From Deltaproteobacteria bacterium (GTDB taxonomy: Bacteria; Desulfobacterota; Desulfobacteria; Desulfobacterales; JAHEIW01), in NCBI GenBank assembly GCA_024639185.1, contig JAHEIW010000001.1, positions 24,153 to 88,152 of the forward strand: a DNA stretch of 64,000 nt, in the 5' to 3' direction. The number at the start of each line of letters is the position of its first letter. Within the stretch, counting starts at the first letter, position 1. The position numbers and the translations under genes were made by a program. The notes below the pieces were generated by a model, which was not told where the DNA came from, did not search any database, and worked only from the letters and a program-made list of their open reading frames with translations. Shown here in pieces: positions 60,645 to 64,000 of the stretch.

Positions 60645-61352
60645 ATGGATAACAAAAACCTAAAAAAAGTCTTTGCCACACTTTCAACCCCTTTGATTAC
60701 CGATGCCTGCATGCGACTGGGCGTTTTTATGCGGGTAGCGCCAATTGGCATTAAACCGCTGGTACCCGGCTGGCGCATGGCCGGTCGTGTATTGCCGGTG
60801 AGACATTCGGGCAGTGTTGATATTTTTTTGGAAGTTATGGCCAAAGCCGCCCCAGGTGACATTTTGACCATCGACAATGCTGCCCGAAGGCACGAGGGCT
60901 GTATCGGGGATTTGACCGTTTTGGAGGCGCAAGCCGTGGACCTGGGAGGTATTGCGGTCTGGGGATTTCATCGCGATACGTCACAGCTGGTTCAAATCGG
61001 CTTTCCTGTTTTCAGTTATGGTGCTTTTCCGGTGGGACCCAAGCGTGCTTATCCACGGGGGTCGGATGCCCTTACGAAAGCCCGGTTCGGAGATTTCAAA
61101 GTAACAGCCGATGATGTGGTTTTTGGCGATGATGACGGGGTTGTTTTTGCTCTGCTGCAGGACGTCGAAGACATTGTTAACGTGGCACGAACCATCGCAG
61201 AAACAGAACAGCAGCAGGCTGAAAACCTTAAAAACGGCAAAACCCTGTCGCAACAGTTTAAGTTTGATGAATACCTGAAAAAGCGCAGTAAAAATCCAGG
61301 CTATACCTTTCGTGAGCATCTGAAGAAAATCGGTGCAGCCATCGAAGTTTAA
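60645..61352 (+). CDS. RraA / HMG-aldolase family protein
   Basis: STPLITDA, GCIGD, GFHRD, GDDDGVV; GGAGG RBS before ATG 60645. Confidence 0.88.
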   Translation: MDNKNLKKVFATLSTPLITDACMRLGVFMRVAPIGIKPLVPGWRMAGRVLPVRHSGSVDIFLEVMAKAAPGDILTIDNAARRHEGCIGDLTVLEAQAVDLGGIAVWGFHRDTSQLVQIGFPVFSYGAFPVGPKRAYPRGSDALTKARFGDFKVTADDVVFGDDDGVVFALLQDVEDIVNVARTIAETEQQQAENLKNGKTLSQQFKFDEYLKKRSKNPGYTFREHLKKIGAAIEV

Positions 61353-61362
61353 ATCCTATTGT

Positions 61363-61628
61363 AGGTGTCAGGTGTCAGTGTTCAGGTGTCAGGTCTAAAA
61401 AGATAGGACTGAGGCCCGGGGTATATCAAAATAGAAAGGGTCGAAAATACCTATGCCAGCTCATGATGGAAAACGACAACTCATGGCCCCGGGAAGATGA
61501 TTCAAGACGGAAACCGCCACTTCATGTTGAAATGGTCCAACGCCAAGCAGGCTTTTTGGCTCAGTCCCCAGTCCTCAGCACGCAGTCTCTATTTTTCCTG
61601 ACACCCGAAACCTGACACCTGAAACCTG
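61363..61628. repeat. Heptamer-armed inverted-repeat element (AGGTGTC... / ...GACACCT)
   Basis: aggtgtcaggtgtcagtgttcaggtgtcagg...aggactgag / ctcagtcc...cctgacacccgaaacctgacacctgaaacctg. Confidence 0.7.
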
Positions 61629-61667
61629 GTGAGCGTCTTTGCGGTGAATCTTACAAAGGTATCAGTT

Positions 61668-62324
61668 ATGCCCCAATTTATAGACCTAAGCCACCTGATC
61701 GAAGATGGCTTGATAACATATACCGGATTGCCCGGCCCGGTGATCAGCGACCATATGGGCCGCGAGGAATCCAGATCCCACTATGCTGAAGGCACTTCTT
61801 TTCAGGTCGGGAAAATTGAAATGGTGGCCAATACCGGCACCTATATCGACGCCCCCTTTCACCGCTATGCAGAGGGCGCAGATTTATCTGGGCTTAAAAT
61901 GACCTCGATCGCCAATCTGGATGGTATCGTGTTTCGGATCGATAAAGGGCTGCGCTCTATTGGTAAAGATGTTTTTGTAAACGACAACATCAAAGGCAAG
62001 GCAGTCCTTGTCCATACGGGTTGGGATCAGCACTGGCAAACCGATGCTTATTTTGAAAACCATCCCTTTCTGACCCGCAATACCGCCGAATATTTGAAAT
62101 CCGCCGGTGCCGCACTGGTGGGTATCGACTCGCTCAACATCGATGACAACACAGATGGATCCCGACCCGCGCATTCGATCTTGTTGCAGGCCGACATCCC
62201 GATTGTTGAGCATATGTGCCGTCTGGAGCGCTTGCCTGATCAAGAATTTAAGTTTTTCGCGGTGCCGGCCCCGGTCAAGGGGATGGGGTCCTTTCCGGTA
62301 CGCGCATTCGCAATAGTGGAGTAA
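61668..62324 (+). CDS. Cyclase / kynurenine formamidase family protein
   Basis: IDLSH, NTGTYIDAPFH, LVGIDS, IVEH, PVRAFA. Confidence 0.9.
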   Translation: MPQFIDLSHLIEDGLITYTGLPGPVISDHMGREESRSHYAEGTSFQVGKIEMVANTGTYIDAPFHRYAEGADLSGLKMTSIANLDGIVFRIDKGLRSIGKDVFVNDNIKGKAVLVHTGWDQHWQTDAYFENHPFLTRNTAEYLKSAGAALVGIDSLNIDDNTDGSRPAHSILLQADIPIVEHMCRLERLPDQEFKFFAVPAPVKGMGSFPVRAFAIVE

Positions 62325-62482
62325 TTTTTAGACAGGATTTACAGGATTTATTGGATATTTTTTCTTTTGGTACTTTCCAGATGAAAGTGCCGAAATTCAA
62401 TCCGCTTCGCGAAAAATAATTTAGCTCTTCTAATCCTTTCGTGCTTTTTTACTTTCGTGTTTTCGTGATGGGTTTTTAAAAA

Positions 62483-63106
62483 ATGACAGAAAAATCATCT
62501 GTGTTTGAGCAAACATATACGAATTATCTGGCGCGGGTTGCCGAGCTGGATTTTACCAGGATTGTCGGGCGCCTGGGGGCCGATATGGCCGGTGATGAAC
62601 TGGCTATTCCTTTTTTCGGAAAGCCCTACCGAATATCCCAGCAGGGTCTCAGCAACGCCTCCGGCAGCCGGCCCGATTTTTCCGTCTGTGTTGTGCTGTT
62701 TAAATACCTGCTGTTGTGCCCGGGATATGATCCCATGCAAGATGACTGGGTTTCCTTCAAAGATTTTAAGGATGCGGCACCTTTTGCCGGAGCATTCATC
62801 AATTATACCGAGGCCCCGCTGGCCAACCATTTTGCAGGCGACCTCGCGCGGCTTGAAGCTGCTGCCCGGGCGCTCAACGGGCAACCACCGACCGCGGATT
62901 TTCCATATGATCTGTGTGTGCAGTTTGCGGCCCTGCCAAAGGTGCCGGTTTTGCTGCTGTTCAATGATGCCGATGAGGAGTTTGCCGCCCGCTGCGCGGT
63001 CCTGTTTGAAAGACGCGCCGAAAAGTATCTGGATATGGAGTGCCTGGCCATGGTGGGAACGCAGCTGTTTGAAAGGCTGAAACGGGCAGCCGATAAACCG
63101 GCTTAG
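62483..63106 (+). CDS. DUF3786 domain protein
   Basis: WVSFKDF, ALPKVP..L.F..DEEF.A....LF......LDMECLA. Confidence 0.85.
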   Translation: MTEKSSVFEQTYTNYLARVAELDFTRIVGRLGADMAGDELAIPFFGKPYRISQQGLSNASGSRPDFSVCVVLFKYLLLCPGYDPMQDDWVSFKDFKDAAPFAGAFINYTEAPLANHFAGDLARLEAAARALNGQPPTADFPYDLCVQFAALPKVPVLLLFNDADEEFAARCAVLFERRAEKYLDMECLAMVGTQLFERLKRAADKPA

Positions 63107-63622
63107 TGGATCTATCCGCTTTTCATGCCTTCACAGTTTCTTTGCCTTCCTTATTTTCAGATTAGCATCTGGAATCCATAAAAATTGCATATTGGCGATG
63201 GAGGCACGAAGTTTACACTTTCGGGAGTAGCATTTTTTGTGAGATTAGATTAAGAAATCTCAAACATTATCTCCCTTATTTGAAATTCTCTGCCAACTTG
63301 CTTGACTATAAAATGGGGATCAAGTATCAGTATTATGTGAGGATGAAATCGGCTGGCGTCTTCGCCCCTTTGCCCGCTTCCAAAAGCGTTTTTAATCATC
63401 CCTTTCGTCGCTCGTCCTTATTAATTTTATTTTTTTATTTGATTTGCTTTCGAAAAGCAAATTTTTTTATTTTATCGATGGCAAATAAAATAAACCCAAC
63501 CGTATTTAAAAAAGAGTCAGCTTATTCAGGCGTGAGAATATGGCTAAATAAAATGCTGAGCTTGATTTTACACACCAGATGTTTAGCAAGATAGGAACCA
63601 ACTGGAACAAAAAGGAAAGCAC

Positions 63623-63925
63623 ATGCAAGTACAAGACTATTGCAAGGCGATGTTGGCAGAGGTATCGGCCTGGAAGGCGAAGTTGGAATCTATGAAGAAG
63701 ACGGCGGACGGATTCGGATCCGAGCAAAAAGAAAAAGTTCTACCACTGATCGGACAGCTTGAACAGGAGGTTGTGAATGCACAGATGCGGGTGGATCAGC
63801 TCGAGAACGAGTGCCCTTCCGACGGGTCGCCAATCAAGAACGAACTCGACGAGCTTTTCGGTACGGTCGGTAGCAAACTCGACCGTACCTTCCAAGAAAT
63901 GTCTTCTCGAGAAACGTTATGGTAG
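63623..63925 (+). CDS. Coiled-coil hypothetical protein
   Basis: 100-aa ORF with AGGA RBS; YC...E..AWKAK...L.NECP. Confidence 0.75.
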   Translation: MQVQDYCKAMLAEVSAWKAKLESMKKTADGFGSEQKEKVLPLIGQLEQEVVNAQMRVDQLENECPSDGSPIKNELDELFGTVGSKLDRTFQEMSSRETLW

Positions 63926-64000
63926 AAGCGAGCCGGGGAGAGGATGCCCCTCTCTACCCCTGGCGAGGGATGTCTTGGCTTTCCACCTCAAGGCATTGAA

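Noticed and set aside
63280..63594. 104-aa plus-strand ORF in an AT-rich region
   Set aside because: TTG start, no RBS, composition typical of intergenic promoter DNA

Overview
64-kb window from a sulfate-reducing deltaproteobacterium, probably Desulfobacterales-like (inferred from dsrTMKJOP and the intergenic repeat style). Left to right it holds: a >1,860-aa secreted SBBP-repeat protein that runs off the left edge and is missing from the ORF track; a VapBC toxin-antitoxin pair; a sigma54 two-component system; dsrTMKJOP; a terminal-inverted-repeat-flanked Y1 (HUH) transposase with cargo; a full phosphate regulon (phoU, pstCASB, DUF47-PiT, phoBR); an ArsR plus permease pair; a FIST-PAS-SpoIIE protein; rplU-rpmA-obgE-nadD-rsfS; PilZ genes with a c-di-GMP-I riboswitch; pirin, wrbA, dmeF; an isolated motAB pair; mlaC plus an MMPL transporter; a divergent SHMT paralog; and RraA, cyclase and DUF3786 genes. 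The main hidden signal is six in-frame TGA codons in five genes. Five fall at conserved-Cys positions, the sixth in a GxxU motif, and each gene has a bacterial-SECIS-like hairpin just downstream. Four of these predicted selenoproteins cluster at 43367-47708 around an ArsR-rhodanese regulator: a rhodanese(U-X4-U)-DsbD fusion with two Sec residues, a small thioredoxin-like protein, an ArsM-like methyltransferase, and a BFD-like [2Fe-2S] protein the ORF track missed. They suggest an undescribed selenium-dependent trans-membrane redox and methylation system. No selABCD genes are in the window, so Sec decoding is inferred. All family assignments come from motif recognition, not database searches.
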